A stretch of DNA of 64,000 nucleotides from contig JAUZTB010000135.1 in NCBI GenBank assembly GCA_034780895.1, positions 40,943,145 through 41,007,144 of the forward strand, given 5' to 3'. Under the pieces are notes generated by a model. It was not told the origin of the DNA. It saw nothing but the letters and a program-made list of their open reading frames with translations, and searched no databases. A program made the translations under genes and the position numbers. The stretch is from Rhynchobatus australiae (Eukaryota). How positions within the stretch are numbered: position 1 is the first letter of the stretch; the number at the start of each line of letters is the position of its first letter. Below, one piece after another: positions 50,673-63,689 of this stretch.

Positions 50673-51462
50673 CAGTGACCCAGTTTTAGGGAGTTAGGTG
50701 AGGGGCAGTCAGTGAGCAAAGCTCTGCTCCTGGGGCTGGATTAGGACCAGTGTTAGAGCCATTCCCCACCCAGCCTGGGTGTGAGAGGTGAGCAAAGCAG
50801 CCCCACCACCCCAATGGGCCAACCATTCATATTGCTACCCCACCTACCCTCAGTCCTCACTGAAGAATAGCGGCTGAAGGCTGAGGAAGGACAATAGCCA
50901 GTTCCCAACAGAAAAGGAACAACAAGGTAAAAATATCTTTTCAGAAACATGATGTGGTTTAGTACTTTCAGCTGTTTCCCCTCAGTAACAAAAACGTCTA
51001 CTGACATTTGCAAATTACTGCTAGTAGTAAAAAGTCACTCTTACTTTTCCCTAATCCTGTCTACCCGATCCACAATACAGCAACATCATTTGGAATTCAC
51101 CCTGCACTGCAGGTGAGTCCACATCTAATTAATGATATTAATAAAGTAACCTTGGAATTAATACTGTGCTGGACTGCTGCAGCACATCCATTTCAGCCCA
51201 GTAATGTGCTAGGATGAATCATTGCCCCATTATTCAACAGGTAGTTAGGTTATTTTCTAACAGTACATGTTGGTGATTTTTCCTGCTGATGATGTGAGGG
51301 GTTTCACTGCTGGTGAGTCCAGTTCTGCCCCACTTTCTGTACCCTGGATTAGACCTTACAACTTGGAAGTAATCAGTAGCCCTATTTCAAACCGAGCTTA
51401 AAGTTGCCCTGGCTTTCCAAATTCTGGTCTAGGTTTCTGGCCAAACTCACTTGCCCTCTTAC

Positions 51463-51735
51463 ATAAGATATCTTTTTAGTCACATGTACATCGAAACATC
51501 CAGTGAAATGCATCTTTTTCTTTGCATTGAGCATTCTGGGGGCAGCCCACAAGTGTCGCCACGCTTCCGGCACCAACATAACATGCCCACCACTTCCTAA
51601 CCCCTACGTCTTTGGAATGTGGGAGGAAACCAGAGCACCCAAAGGAAACCCACACAGACATGCGGGGAATATACAAACTCCTTACAGACAGCGGTGGGAC
51701 ATGAACCCGGGTCGCTGGCGCTGTAAAACGTTACA
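51463..51735 (-). mobile_element. tRNA-derived V-SINE (same subfamily as 17432 and 19802)
   Basis: Reverse complement of those copies; head runs into gap. Confidence 0.92.
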
Positions 51736-53109
51736 NNNNNNNNNNNNNNNNNNNNNNNNNNNNNNNNNNNNNNNNNNNNNNNNNNNNNNNNNNNNNNNNN
51801 NNNNNNNNNNNNNNNNNNNNNNNNNNNNNNNNNNNNNNNNNNNNNNNNNNNNNNNNNNNNNNNNNNNNNNNNNNNNNNNNNNNNTCCCATCTGTAAGTAG
51901 CTTGATTTTAAGTCACTGAAAATAGTGTTGAAAAGCTATTATTTTACTAGATTCATTGTTGCACCCGAGTATCATCCATAATAGACTTTGTTGCTGTCAC
52001 AGACCAGTGTGGTGAATCACTGCCCATTGTACTTATATCTCCATATGGGGTTCCATTGCAACTGGATGTGAGAAAGGAAGAACAGAAGCATCTCATAACC
52101 CAGCTTTTATTTGGTGCTAGTCACCAAAGTCAAATTTTGACATCTTAAATATGGCTCAGTATATAAAGTCTTTTAAATCATGCTCACCAGTGTCATTGCA
52201 CTAACAAGATGAGCTTAATTCGACAATCTCTGCAAGTGGTCTGTTGGATACCACCCACCCACACTTTGACCTGGAGGGTTTGTTCGGTTTGGTGGGTTTG
52301 GGGTTCAGTTTCATGCAAAATGATTTTTAAATCTGTGCTATAGTTCACAATTCATGTTTGCCATAAGTTTAAAATTCCCCTGATCTTTTGCACTGGTTCA
52401 GGCAATTGTACCTACATTGTACAAATATCCAAACTTATTTGTCAGAGGATCCTCTTGGGAGACCTGCATGGAATGAAGATGGTAACTCTGATCTTTCCTG
52501 CGATCTAAACAAGATGGTCTTTCTTGTTTCTCCTTGTGAAAAATAGCCATTGATGCTTCAGGCTACAACAAGGGCTGGGGTCAGGAGGTTATCTGCAATG
52601 AAGATCAATGGGAAGAAGAATATAACAAGCACAGGCAAACAACAGATGAGGCCATCACTGAGTTGCAGGAGAGATATTCTTTGGTTTGTATCCAGGTTTC
52701 AAGAGCACAGAGAACGTAAGAAACGCAGGCAGTCATGAGAGTAAAGCTCTGCTGAGCTTCCAGTGAATATGATCGGGGAAAAAAAACCCTCATTGTGCTT
52801 TCTTTGCACCTACAATTAAGACAAAACTTCCAATTTTTTGTTTACAATGCGAATGGAATAATCAAACTCAAGGCACAGGAAAACCCAGGGTAAGTTAATT
52901 TGATTTTGGAGCTGTGTGCTCAATAACTATTGAAGCTCATGGGGAAAAGAAATCAAAACAAAACAAGCAATTGTTTGGCCAAAAAATGTGAAGTATTTTT
53001 TAACCTGAAGGCAATTAATATATTTGGTGCTTTGTTTTTATACATTCTCTCTGTATTTTCTTTCCTCTTGAAAATAATATAGAAAGATAGAATGGCTTGT
53101 ATATTGAGA

Positions 53110-53360
53110 TAGTGCCTTCAATGGCCTCAGACCATCCTGAGATACTCCACAGTCCATGAATGCTTTTGAAGTGTAATCACTATAATAGGGGAGTTGCATC
53201 AACTTTTTTCTGCACACAGAGAGTTCCTACAAAGAACAAGTCACATTAACCAGATATTCTGTTTTTTCAAACTGATTTTGATTGAGGAGTAAATAATGGC
53301 CAGGATACCATGCATGACTCTTCAAATCTTCTTCAAAATAGTGCCATGTATCCTTCTTAG
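53110..53360 (-). mobile_element. DeuSINE-like element
   Basis: TTTTGAAGTGTAATCACT..TGCACACAG..GATTGAGGAGTAAATAATGGCCAGGATACC..CTTCTTCAAAATAGTGCCATG. Confidence 0.7.
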
Positions 53361-53597
53361 AGAGTCATAATTTTGTATCTGACATGAAAATCTAAGTAAC
53401 ACCTGTTTGTTTATGCACTAAATGGTCAGTCTATATTGTTGAGCTGTTGCAAGGATTTGAACTCACAGAACTCTACACNNNNNNNNNNNNNNNNNNNNNN
53501 NNNNNNNNNNNNNNNNNNNNNNNNNNNNNNNNNNNNNNNNNNNNNNNNNNNNNNNNNNNNNNNNNNNNNNNNNNNNNNNNNNNNNNNNCACACACAC

Positions 53598-53660
53598 AGC
53601 ACTGAACCCGGGTTGCTAGAGCAGTGAGGCAGCAGCTCTACTAAATATGCCACTGTGCTG
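53598..53660 (-). mobile_element. V-SINE head next to gap
   Basis: TGAACCCGGGTTGCTAGAGCAGTGAGGCAGCAGCTCTAC..GCCACTGTGCTG. Confidence 0.7.
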
Positions 53661-53899
53661 ACCAGTTAGGACCATCCCTTCTCATCTGATTGGAGGAAGA
53701 TCCAATGATGCAGTATTCCTTCAGTACTTTACTAAAGTGCCTGCTTGAATCCACCCGCTTACACAAATTTCATTTACCTCTATTAAATGTCATCTGCCAA
53801 ATGCTGGCTGAGTTCCTCAGTTTATCTAAATGCAATTGAAACCTTTATACCTGATCAATCCTCTGTCATTGGCATGGCCACTGGTGCCCCTCCATTCAG

Positions 53900-54026
53900 T
53901 GATCTGTCCACCAATGAATATAAAACAATCATGGCATTGTTTAAGGGGGCTGAAAATTCTCCCATGATCCAGGCATTTATCCCTCAACCAACACTTCACA
54001 GGAGCTTATTGTTGCATTGCCATTTG
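53900..54026 (+). mobile_element. DeuSINE-like fragment
   Basis: CATGGCATTGTTTAAG..TTCTCCCATGATCC..ATTTATCCCTCAACCAACAC. Confidence 0.5.
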
Positions 54027-55434
54027 NNNNNNNNNNTTGAAAATACTTTAATAATGAAAAAATATCTTGCAATGCTAATTTTATTTCTGCCACCACTTTT
54101 CTCCTTCCTCTGAAAAAGGGTATATTTCTCTTCAGTCATATTCTATACCTTGAATAAAAATGAGAAAAGAAAAAAAGAATTTCTCAATACTGCCTTCCAG
54201 TATTCCCTGTAGCCAAACTGGATTAACCAGAGTGTTTAAAGTCTTGCTGCTTGATCGGATAATATACTTGATGTGTAGTTGAATACTTCCATCAGATTGA
54301 AATCAAATACCAAGCTGATTTAAACCTCTTTAAAAANNNNNNNNNATAGAATCTACCAGCAATTGCAGCGGACTCCAGTCTCTGTGATTCTTTATGCACT
54401 CACTAGAATGGCTATCATTTTGATGCCATGAATAACAGGGGAAGGGATGTTGCTGGGGATTTGTTCTGAATCAGCAGCCCTCCTGTAAAGAGATCTTAAA
54501 CATCGCATCATGGCAAAATAAATATCCTCAAACTACACAATGGCAGAAAAAAATTCAGTTTCTGGCATATTAGAGTTTCCTGATAGCTTGATGCAGCTTG
54601 CGGAGGGTTAGAGGGCTGAAGTAAAACATTAAACAGATGTTCTAAATCTCTTTATTGTCTTAATTTCAGCTAAAAATACCCATGACTGGCTCAGAATACA
54701 CTGAGGCATGCATTAGCTCTGTTCATGGGCAATTAGTCTTGGTCAGCGGAAATAGTCTTAACACACTTAGAATCAAGTGATGAGGAAAAGCCTTGATCAG
54801 GCTTAAAATCTCTCTCTGGGCCTCAGGGAATTTACTCATGCCTCCCCATGAAGCAGAGAAAAAGACAGGACAAGAGTCATGCTGATGACACTTGGCGGAA
54901 AGGAAATAGGAAGCTGGATTCATTCAGTACTTAGCCACTGAAGCAATCAGTGAGATCTGTCTTAATACAAAGGACACATTATCAGGAGGTAGATGCCATG
55001 AATATTTGCATCGTGTGAGCTCACAATGGTGTAACCTGACCACAGGCTATGTCCTGCCCAACACATGGTTCTATATTAATAATCTGGATGCCAGGCTGTT
55101 TGAATGCATTATCTCAGGCCAATTACAGTGGGTGAGAAATTTGATTGCACGGCAAGTAGTGACAAGTTGGTATAGTACCCATTCTGTGTGCTGGTCTGTC
55201 TGGTAAAGAGGTGTGCTCCAGAATCGACACATGGCCTCATCTCTACATATCCACCAATTAACGGATACTAACAGAGTGAAGTTGGCCCTATGTGCCACAC
55301 TGGCAGAGTCTTACGCATACCTTGGACCCTGAAATCTGTAAATCACAGAAACATGGAACCGAACCACTCTTCAAGGAAACCACATGATTTGGTCTGACAA
55401 CTTGGTTTTTCCAACTGAATTTGTCCTTTGCAAT

Positions 55435-55565
55435 GTATTGGTATTGGTTTATTAATGTCAATGTACTGAAATACAGTGAAAAGCTTTTGTTTTCCATGCC
55501 ACCCAGACAGATCATACCATACATAAGTGCATCGATGTAGTAAAAAGAAAACAGAATGCAGAAGT
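55435..55565 (-). mobile_element. Rex1/Babar-type 3' tail
   Basis: (TATTGG)n then TTTATT..CAGACAGATCATACCATAC..AGAATGCAGAA; same as 62468 end. Confidence 0.7.
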
Positions 55566-55803
55566 TTTCTACAGAATCTGTTTCTACGACCCTTTCAACT
55601 AGTGCATGGCTGATCTCAACAACACCTTGTAAATACCTTCCCCCTCCTTTCACTTCTACTTCTTTTGTTGATTAGTTTAAAACTATGACCTTTGGTTACT
55701 GACCCAGTGTCCAGCAGATACAGTTTCCTCTTACTTGCTCTCCTTTCCTCATCATTCCAAATACCCGTAATAAGTTTCTGCACCCTTTGCGATGCCGATG
55801 TGC

Positions 55804-56178
55804 AAAGTTAAAGTTGAGGTTATAACCATGTATACAAGCACAGGTGCAATAAAAAACTTGCAGCAGTCTCACAGGCACATAGATTTAGAAATACCACATT
55901 CACAAGAAAAACATAAATTAAACAAATTATACAAAATTATACAAGAAAGAACACAATTAGAATAAAAAATGTCTATTGTAGTGCGAAGTGATCATAGTGT
56001 TGCTACACAAAGGTAGTGATTAGGATTGTGCAGGTTGGTTCAAGAAGTGATTGGTTGAAGAGACATAACTGTTCTTGAACCTGGTGGTGTGGGACTTCAG
56101 GCTTCTGTACCTCCTGCCCCATAGTAGCTGCGAGAAGATGGCATGGCGCGGATGGTGGGGATTTTTGATGAAAGATTC
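55804..56178 (-). mobile_element. Rex1/Babar-type LINE 3' end
   Basis: IKNPHHPRHAIFSQLLWGRRYRSLKSHTTRFKNSY (ORF 56020-56259). Confidence 0.85.
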
Positions 56179-57369
56179 AGAGGTGATCTTGATGCAAATC
56201 AGATAAATTGTGTTAGATTCCATATGTGTTCTACTGCTAGTGAAATGAGGAAGATCCATTTAAGGGAGTAATATATTGGGCAGTGGCAATGACAGAGAAA
56301 CTACCATTATTTGCTTCCGTTACTCTGTGCACTTGTCAGGANNNNNNNNNNNNNNNNNNNNNNNNNATTCAAAACAGAAATCCCTTAGTTGCTTTTGTCA
56401 TTTAATGAGTCTTCAAATTGAACCCAATGACCTAGTCCCACTGTACAATATACTGAAAACCTTTGTTGGCAGCAATATTTGCTTATGTGAATATTTCAAA
56501 TGTAAAGGATTAAAAAAAATTATGATATTTTGATTTCTGTTTTAATCATAGGAGAACATTCCAGTTTTTGCTTAGCATCCTTTATTAGATTTGACAAGTT
56601 AATTAAAAATTCTTTTCCAGTTTCCAGACAGTGATAATTCTTTAACGTGATTGGTTACTCATCCAGTTGGATGACATCACATCCCTTGGATGCCAGGAAT
56701 TCCTTTGAACTGACACCTTAAAGGCACTGATAAGGCGACTGCTTTCATTACAAAATTTACTGAATTTTTGTGGGGAGTATTGGAACTAAAAGAATCAGAA
56801 CCCACTGGATAAAATGATAATGAAAATGATTACAATAAGAATGAGGGGATTTATTTCCCCAAAAGCTGTTGAGTAGGCTTCAGTTCCCTATCATCTAAGT
56901 GACTTTAAGGCAAGAAAATCCTTCCAATGTGTTAAAGTGCTGTGTTGATACTTAGAAAGAAATGCATCTGATATATGATGACAGCTCCACCAACCTCTAT
57001 TCTAACACTATGCCTATCAGCCTTTGTCTAAAGGCCACAAACATTCTTTAAATACCTAATTCCTAACTATTGCTTCCTTATTTCCCATCTGGTCAGCAAG
57101 CCTCAATGTTTAAAAAAAATCCTTCTAATCCTTCAGAGTCAATGTCTGCTGCACTTGCCACTCTGGGTGAAGGAAATGCCCTGTCTTTGGATGTCAACCC
57201 GCCTGATTAAAGTTGGTGGGAGTTTGCCTTCAGAGTATATATGGAAGTTAAGGAGCCGTTACAGTTTTGCACTGAAAGATTTATTACATCTCCTCCAACA
57301 GCTTGTAGGTGGGATTGGTTGCAAAGAATATAAATCAGTGGACCAGCCTGGATCCAGAGATACTGTATG

Positions 57370-57774
57370 TGTCACAATGTTGAGCAAGGAGAAGCTCGCA
57401 GAAAACCCAAATGCAGCACACTGGTACAAGACTGGAGTCAGGATACTTCCTCAGGAAAAACACGGGCAGTGACTGGAAGGAATCTTGCCTCAGAGATCAG
57501 AAGAGGAATCCCAACATGAACTGGATCTTCAAAGGAAATATAGAAGACAAGACTGCTCTAGAGTAGACCACTCTAAGCAACTAGGAACCAAAGTATACCC
57601 AAAGGTAGACCAATACTCTGGCAACTAGTGCTAGAGAAACCCATGTACTTATGCTAGGCCCCTGATGGGGCTCAGGTGAGTGTCGTTATGTAATCAGTCC
57701 AGCGTGGAATCCATCTGCTGGACAACAAGGCATTAATGGAGCCAAATTGAGGGCCAGAACCCAGAACCATGACA
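57370..57774 (-). mobile_element. Complete 405-bp solo LTR copy 4 with 5-bp TSD GTATG
   Basis: TGTCACAA...CCATGACA termini; GTATG at 57365-57369 and 57775-57779. Confidence 0.95.
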
Positions 57775-57919
57775 GTATGTATTCAGATACTTAAGTATAC
57801 TCAAGGATGAGATGGAATGATTTTTGGACTATAGGAGAGTCAATGATCATGGGGATTGGAGGCCAATGATCTTATTGATCAATAGAGCTGGCTCAATTCT
57901 AGTCCTGCTTTTGCTTTTA

Positions 57920-58800
57920 TATTCATATCTTACCATGGCTGCGAGAGCATTTATATTTAAATTAAACACATTCAGGAATGTGAATTTAGTCTCTGTAGTG
58001 CTAACAAATTATCTATTTCCACAAAGTGTACAGATCCATTAAGGAGGAATATCCAGTGTGCCATAATGCAACTCCATATTTAGAGTAATGTGGGTAATTT
58101 TTAACTGTCCTCTGAATTCTGTACTGTACTATTCCTTCTTCTAACTTGAACCTGTGGTCAGCATGGGCTCAGTGGGCCAAAGGGTCTGTTTCCGTGCTGT
58201 ATCTCTCAATGACTCTATGACTATGACATTATTAAACTGGAGAGAGTGCAGAGGAGGTTTGGAAGGATGCTGCTGGGACTCAAGGGCCTGAGTTATAGGG
58301 AGAGGTTGAGCGGGCTAGGACTTTATTCCTTGGAGATTGAGGGGTGACCTTATAGAGCTGTATAAAAATCATGAGGGCATAGACAGGGTGAACACACATA
58401 GAAGGAGATCTTAAAACTAGAGGACAGAGGTTTAAGCTGAGAAGTGAAAGGTTTAAAGGGGACGAGGGGCAATTTCTCCACACGGACTGTAGTGTGTATA
58501 TGGAATGAGCTGCCAGAGAAAGTGGTAGAGGCAGGTACAGTAAGGACATTCAAAAGACATTCGGATAAGTACATAGATAGGATGGGTTTAGATAGATATG
58601 GGCCAAACACGGGCAAATGGGACTAGTTTGATAGGCACCATGGTCAGCATGGTTGAGTTGGGCCAAAGGGCCTGTTTCCATGTTGTAGTACTCTATGACT
58701 CTATGACTAGATAAGTAGGAAACCTGCTCAATTCAAGGGCAATTAAGAATGAGTAGTAAATGCCAACTTTCCCTGCGCTGCTCACATTCTGTGAATGAAG
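57920..58800 (+). mobile_element. Old SINE (family of 48988-49310) split by CR1 insertions
   Basis: 5' half ends TTTTTAACTGTCCTCTGAA (~58116); 3' half CAAGGGCAATTAAGAATG..TAAATGCCAAC..CTCACATTC resumes at ~58725. Confidence 0.5.
58152..58708 (+). mobile_element. Two tandem CR1/HER1 3' ends
   Basis: Short tail 58152-58226 then KLERVQRRFGRMLLGLKGLSYRERL..WNELPEKVVEAGTVRTFKRH; (CTCTATGA)n tails. Confidence 0.92.
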
Positions 58801-59296
58801 GAATGAATAATTATAGACGTGAGGCACACAGAGCCAAGATGTTCTCTTTTGAGGGGTTTGATAGGCAGGGACATTGTTTTTGATCTGCGTGCCTCTTGGG
58901 CATGTGTTAGCTCTGCTGGAAAGTGCAGTGCATGAATGACAAATGAAGATGAAATTGGTCTCAGCCGTGACTGTTCCCTGTTGAAATAGATCGCTGACAA
59001 CTAGGGTGATTTAAAACGATAAGGAGGCTGTCAAAGGTGAAAAAAAGAACGGAAGAAATTAAGCAGGAAATGGTGATATCTGCAGTAAAGACAAGTATAT
59101 AAATGAATGCTATTGATTATACCAGGAGAATATAGAGAAATAAAACCCAGAATTTCAAACCTCCCTTAATGTTTGCTATTTATCATCTGAGTTGTGCCTT
59201 TTCTGAGGAACATTCATAGTGACACAGTGGACTGCACACGCGCTTAGAAATGAGAATTCACTTATTCTAAGACATTGTTGCATTTAGGGCTTACCT

Positions 59297-59778
59297 CAAA
59301 TTCAAGTCAAGTCAATTGTCATGTGCACAAGTATGGTGAGGTACAGGTACAATGAAAAACTTACAGCAGTATCACAGGCATGCAGATTCAGAAAACACAA
59401 AAAACATAAATTAGACAAGACAATGAAATGAAAAAAAGACTGTGCAAAACAAGACACAAGTGCAAAAAAAACACAATCAGAGACAAGTCCATGGTAGTGC
59501 AAGAGGTGGCCTGTAGTGTTCCATTGCTGAGGTAGGGTTAGGGTTGTGCAGATCAGTTCAAGAACCTGATAGTTTTAGGAAAATAGCTGTTCCTGATCCT
59601 GGTGGTGTGGGACTTCAGGCTTCTGAACCTCCTGACTGACGGTAACAGCGAGAAGAGGGCATGATCCGGATGATGGGGATCCTTGATGATCGATACCACC
59701 TTCTTGAGGTGCTGTCAATGGTTGGGAGGGCTGTGCCAATGATAGACTGGGCTGTGTCCTCTACATTCTGCAGACTCC
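59297..59778 (-). mobile_element. Rex1/Babar-type LINE 3' end
   Basis: Homologous to 55804-56178; LQNVEDTAQSIIGTALPTID and IKDPHHPDHALFSLLPS motifs; (CAAGT)n end. Confidence 0.85.
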
Positions 59779-59837
59779 CACAAAACAAAAGTATGAAATT
59801 GTTCAAAGACAAGCATGGAACTGAGTTCAGGTATTTA

Positions 59838-59900
59838 CATACTCACACATACACACACAACCACATTCAGACATGTGTACACACGCATACATATACAATC
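59838..59900. repeat. Degenerate (CA)n-rich tract
   Basis: CATACTCACACATACACACACAACCAC..ACACACGCATACATATACA. Confidence 0.6.
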
Positions 59901-60254
59901 GCATAAGCTTATTCCATCCACACTCCACACACCCCAGCCTCACCTCACTATTGAAATTCTACCCCCTCCAATCACATCCACCCCTGATGCCCACCAGACA
60001 CTGAGGCCAAGTTTCCACATGAAGGATAAAGAACACGATACCCAATGTTTTTAAACTAGAATAGAGAGGAGTTGGAGGGAGACCACCCAACTGGGAGGAA
60101 AATCCCCTTGAGCCCTGCACCTTACTGGGATGGAGCAACCCATGGCACCACCAAGGCACTCACTACCTAACGAGTAGGCACCCTTTGAAATCTATTAAGC
60201 ATGCTCAATAGCAATCTATCATTGTGATCTACACTGTCACTTGAGTGATAATAC

Positions 60255-60503
60255 ATCTTCATTAACATCAGAACAGACATGAGGGGTATGTTTTTTACTG
60301 AGAGAGTGGTGAATGCCTGTAATGCGTTGCCTGATAGGGTGGTGGAGGCAAATTCATTGGGGGCTTTTTAGAGGGGCTTGGATGATCACATAAATGAGAG
60401 GAAAATATAGGAATATGGGCNNNNNNNNNNGAGGGAATGGCTATGTCGACACAATATTGTGGGCCAAGGGCCTGTTCTGTGCTCTACTGTTTATGTTCTA
60501 TGT
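60255..60503 (+). mobile_element. CR1 3' end
   Basis: TTTTTTACTGAGAGAGTGGTGAATGCCTGTAATGCGTTGCC..GTGGTGGAGGCA; tail GGGCCAAGGGCCTGTTCTGTGCT..TATGTTCTATG. Confidence 0.88.
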
Positions 60504-60567
60504 ATCACCATAAAAGTGCTTTGTGTGCATCATTCTTATTTTGTGCTCATCTGTTTTGCTTTTGTAG

Positions 60568-61700
60568 GGAATGAGCATGTATTTGTATGGGATGATGTCC
60601 CCTCACCAATAGAGGAGAGAACAGAAGGAGCCAGGGGGAATATCAGGAGAGGGAGGAAAAGGGTGAATGAGTGGAGGGAGAGAAGGAGGGTGATGATGAT
60701 GATCACAGTGTGATACCTTCCTTCATTGCTGCAGACCCTGGTACCATGGGGGATGTGTTAGATGCATGTCACAGGGAGATACACCAGGCACTCGCAGGCT
60801 GCAGACCAGCACAAGGCTTGGGAATTTGGTGTGAGGTCTTGCTGGCAAGGGGTGTGATGGATGGTCCATACAGTCCCAGAGAACTCAGACGAGGGCCATG
60901 AGTGGGAGGCTTCCGTGACCAGGCTAACGAGGATGTATAGTGAGATGGTGAGCAAAGTGACAGGCCTGGCTGGTTGAATACAGGAAGTGACAATGAGCAG
61001 AAACGAGTCCATCCCCACATTCTCACAGGAGGTTGTGCGGAGCGAGATGACTTCCACTCCAGCAGTGATGCCCTCTTCTTGTCAGGGTCCAGTAGCAATC
61101 CCTTCACACAATGTCTCATGCTTGAGATGTCAGCTGCTGTGGAGGTACAAGAAAAGGCCACATAAAGTCTTTCTATACCATGCCACTCTAATCCGGATGG
61201 AGTCCTGCTCTCTGCTGTGCAGGAGCAGCTTGAAGTTGTAAAGGAACAGCGACATGTCCTACCAAATCCATGCACACATGCCTCTTCATTGTGAGCCAAG
61301 TCTTGAGAGCCAACTCCGAGGAGAAGAGTGAAGACAGCGGGGACCAGACACTGATAAAATGGGAGCTGTCAGCTCTATATGTTGAGGTGATGGTGGATCA
61401 CTGAGTGCCAACAGATCGCTGCACCATTGTCTACCCTGTCCACTGAGAGGTTGCCTCATGTGCAGGTTCAGGACATTCAGGTACAACTTACCAGTCACCA
61501 CTTGATGCCCAGCACGGCCTGTCAGGCAGCATGCTTACACATGCCTCAGCCAGTCATCAGAGAGTGCTCTTGAATTATACCTGAGCAGCAGTCTGAAGCC
61601 TGCATGGTTAATGACACTTGAATGAACTCAAAAGGAAAGGGATCAAGGCTGCAGCCAAACAGGGATCAACACAATATAGTGCCAGACCATTGAAGCCCAT
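60568..61700 (+). mobile_element. Probable Harbinger accessory (Myb/SANT) gene, decayed 3' exon
   Basis: Strong acceptor TTTTGCTTTTGTAG|; higher GC; acidic start then ENSDEGHEWEASVTRLTRMYSEMVSKVTGL..SRNES helical segment with stops; Harbinger transposase relic ~2 kb away. Confidence 0.45.
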
Positions 61701-62467
61701 CTTGAAAATAGTCAAAAGGTAACGGCAGTAAGGCGTTAACTGGAAAGACAACTGTCAAAATCTTCTATTTATGTATAATTTGATTTCACTTTGTCGTAAA
61801 CTATTTTCAGTGTTCAGCTGCATTCACATTTAGGACACATGACATCTTTCAGCCAGCAGAGATTAATCACCCTGGTACAGCAGCTGCTTGCGTCACTGCA
61901 TACCCTATAATGCATCAACAAGTAAGGATGCTAATTCCATGCAGTTAAAGTCAATGTAATCAAGGCAGATCTTGATCACCACTGGAGAATAAAATATTGT
62001 TTTCTAATTAGAATGATTGTCTCACTGTTGCATAGAAAATGATATTGAAATAATTTGACTGATGCCATAGCTGCCATGTTGCTCTGGTGATGAATGATTC
62101 TGACCTCCATACAAACCTGATGCAGATCTTGGGATTCCTCTTCCCTGTGTGGAGTCCTCTACCAACACTGACTAAGACAGCTGAGTGATGGACACCATGA
62201 GAACCTAAAGAATATGAATAAGGCTGCATGGTAAGTGACACTTCTGCTTGGTGCTGCCCTTTCTCCTTCACGTGTTGAATTGAAAACTTAAGGAAAAGTC
62301 GGAAGTCATCCTGAATAAATAACTCCTTGAGCAGGATGGCACGGCATGACATTCATCATGTCCAGACTGAAATATTGAGATGCCAGTTCTTTCCCATTGT
62401 GTATCTTGATGTGATCAACTGGTTCAATGGTTTAAAGTGAATGACACTGGGAATTCCATGAGGGATT

Positions 62468-63220
62468 TGGTATTGGTATTGGATTATTATTGTGCCGAGA
62501 TATAATGTAAAACTTTGGGTTACATGGCATCCAGACAGATCATGCCATTCATACTTACATTGAGGTAATAAAATGAAAATAAAATGCAGGCTATAGTGTT
62601 AAGGTTACAGGGAAAGTGCAGTGCAGGTAGACAAGTAAAGTGCAAGGGCCATGACAAGGTAGATCAAGAGTTCAAGAGTTCACCTTTTAGTGTTTGGGAG
62701 GTCCATTCAAGTGTCTGATAACAGTGGGATAGAAGCTTTCCTTGAGTCTGTTGGTTCATGCTCTTGGGCTTTTGTATCTTCTGCCCGAAGGGAGAAGAGA
62801 GATGAGGGAACCAGTGGGGTGGGAGAGGTCCTTGATTATGTTGGCTGCTTTCCCAAGGCAGCGGGAAGTGTAGAAGGAATCAGTGGAGGGGAGGTTTGTT
62901 TTGTGTGATGGCTGGGCCGTGTTCACAACTCTCTATAGTCTCTTATGACCTTGGGTAGAGCAGTTGCCATACCAAGTTCTGATGCATCTGGATGCATCTT
63001 TTCTATGGTTCATCTATAGCAATCAGTAAGAGCCATCGGAGACATGCCGAATCTCCTTCACCTTCTGAGGCAGTAAAGGCTTTCTTGGCTATAGCATCCA
63101 CATGGCTGGACTAGGACAAATTGTCAGTGGTACTTACATCTAGGAAATTGAAGCTCTCAACCATCTACTCCTCAACATCACTGACACAGTCAATGGCCTG
63201 TCCTCTCCCCGGCCGCCTGA
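62468..63220 (-). mobile_element. Rex1/Babar-type LINE 3' portion
   Basis: Minus strand MVESFNFL, WYGNCS, IIKDLSHP, LPSGRRYKS motifs; (TATTGG)n end. Confidence 0.88.
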
Positions 63221-63689
63221 TTTCTCAACACTAGGTGAATGTGGACTTTCTTAGCTTCAACTATTAGCCTCTTAATGCATCTCCTTACTCATTGCATGCC
63301 TATCTTATCAATGTCTTGTGAGGTAGATAGCTCTCAGCAGCAATGGCTACAATACTGAATAACCACTATTGATGTTGAACAACAGCCCACAATGCTCTCA
63401 ACCTTTGTTTACACCTGCATACTGGAACTCCTCCAAGGAAAGTGCATTTAATTTGAAGAACAGGATTTCTTAAGTGAGGTACCATTCATCAGGAGATGTT
63501 GTAATAAGCCACTTAAGTAATTGAATCAGGAATTTATTCTTTGCACTGCAGCATATGAGGGATTGTTTATACTTCACATGGTCTCTCCTGGCTGATTATT
63601 GATGTACTATGTAGAGAATATTGATTGGAGAATGGAGAGGGTCACTTAGTTTGCATTGGGGGCATTGATTTTTCAGGCTACTTTTAGGA

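Noticed and set aside
60769-61299. 176-aa minus-strand ORF
   Set aside because: Antisense to the probable Harbinger accessory relic; no recognisable motifs
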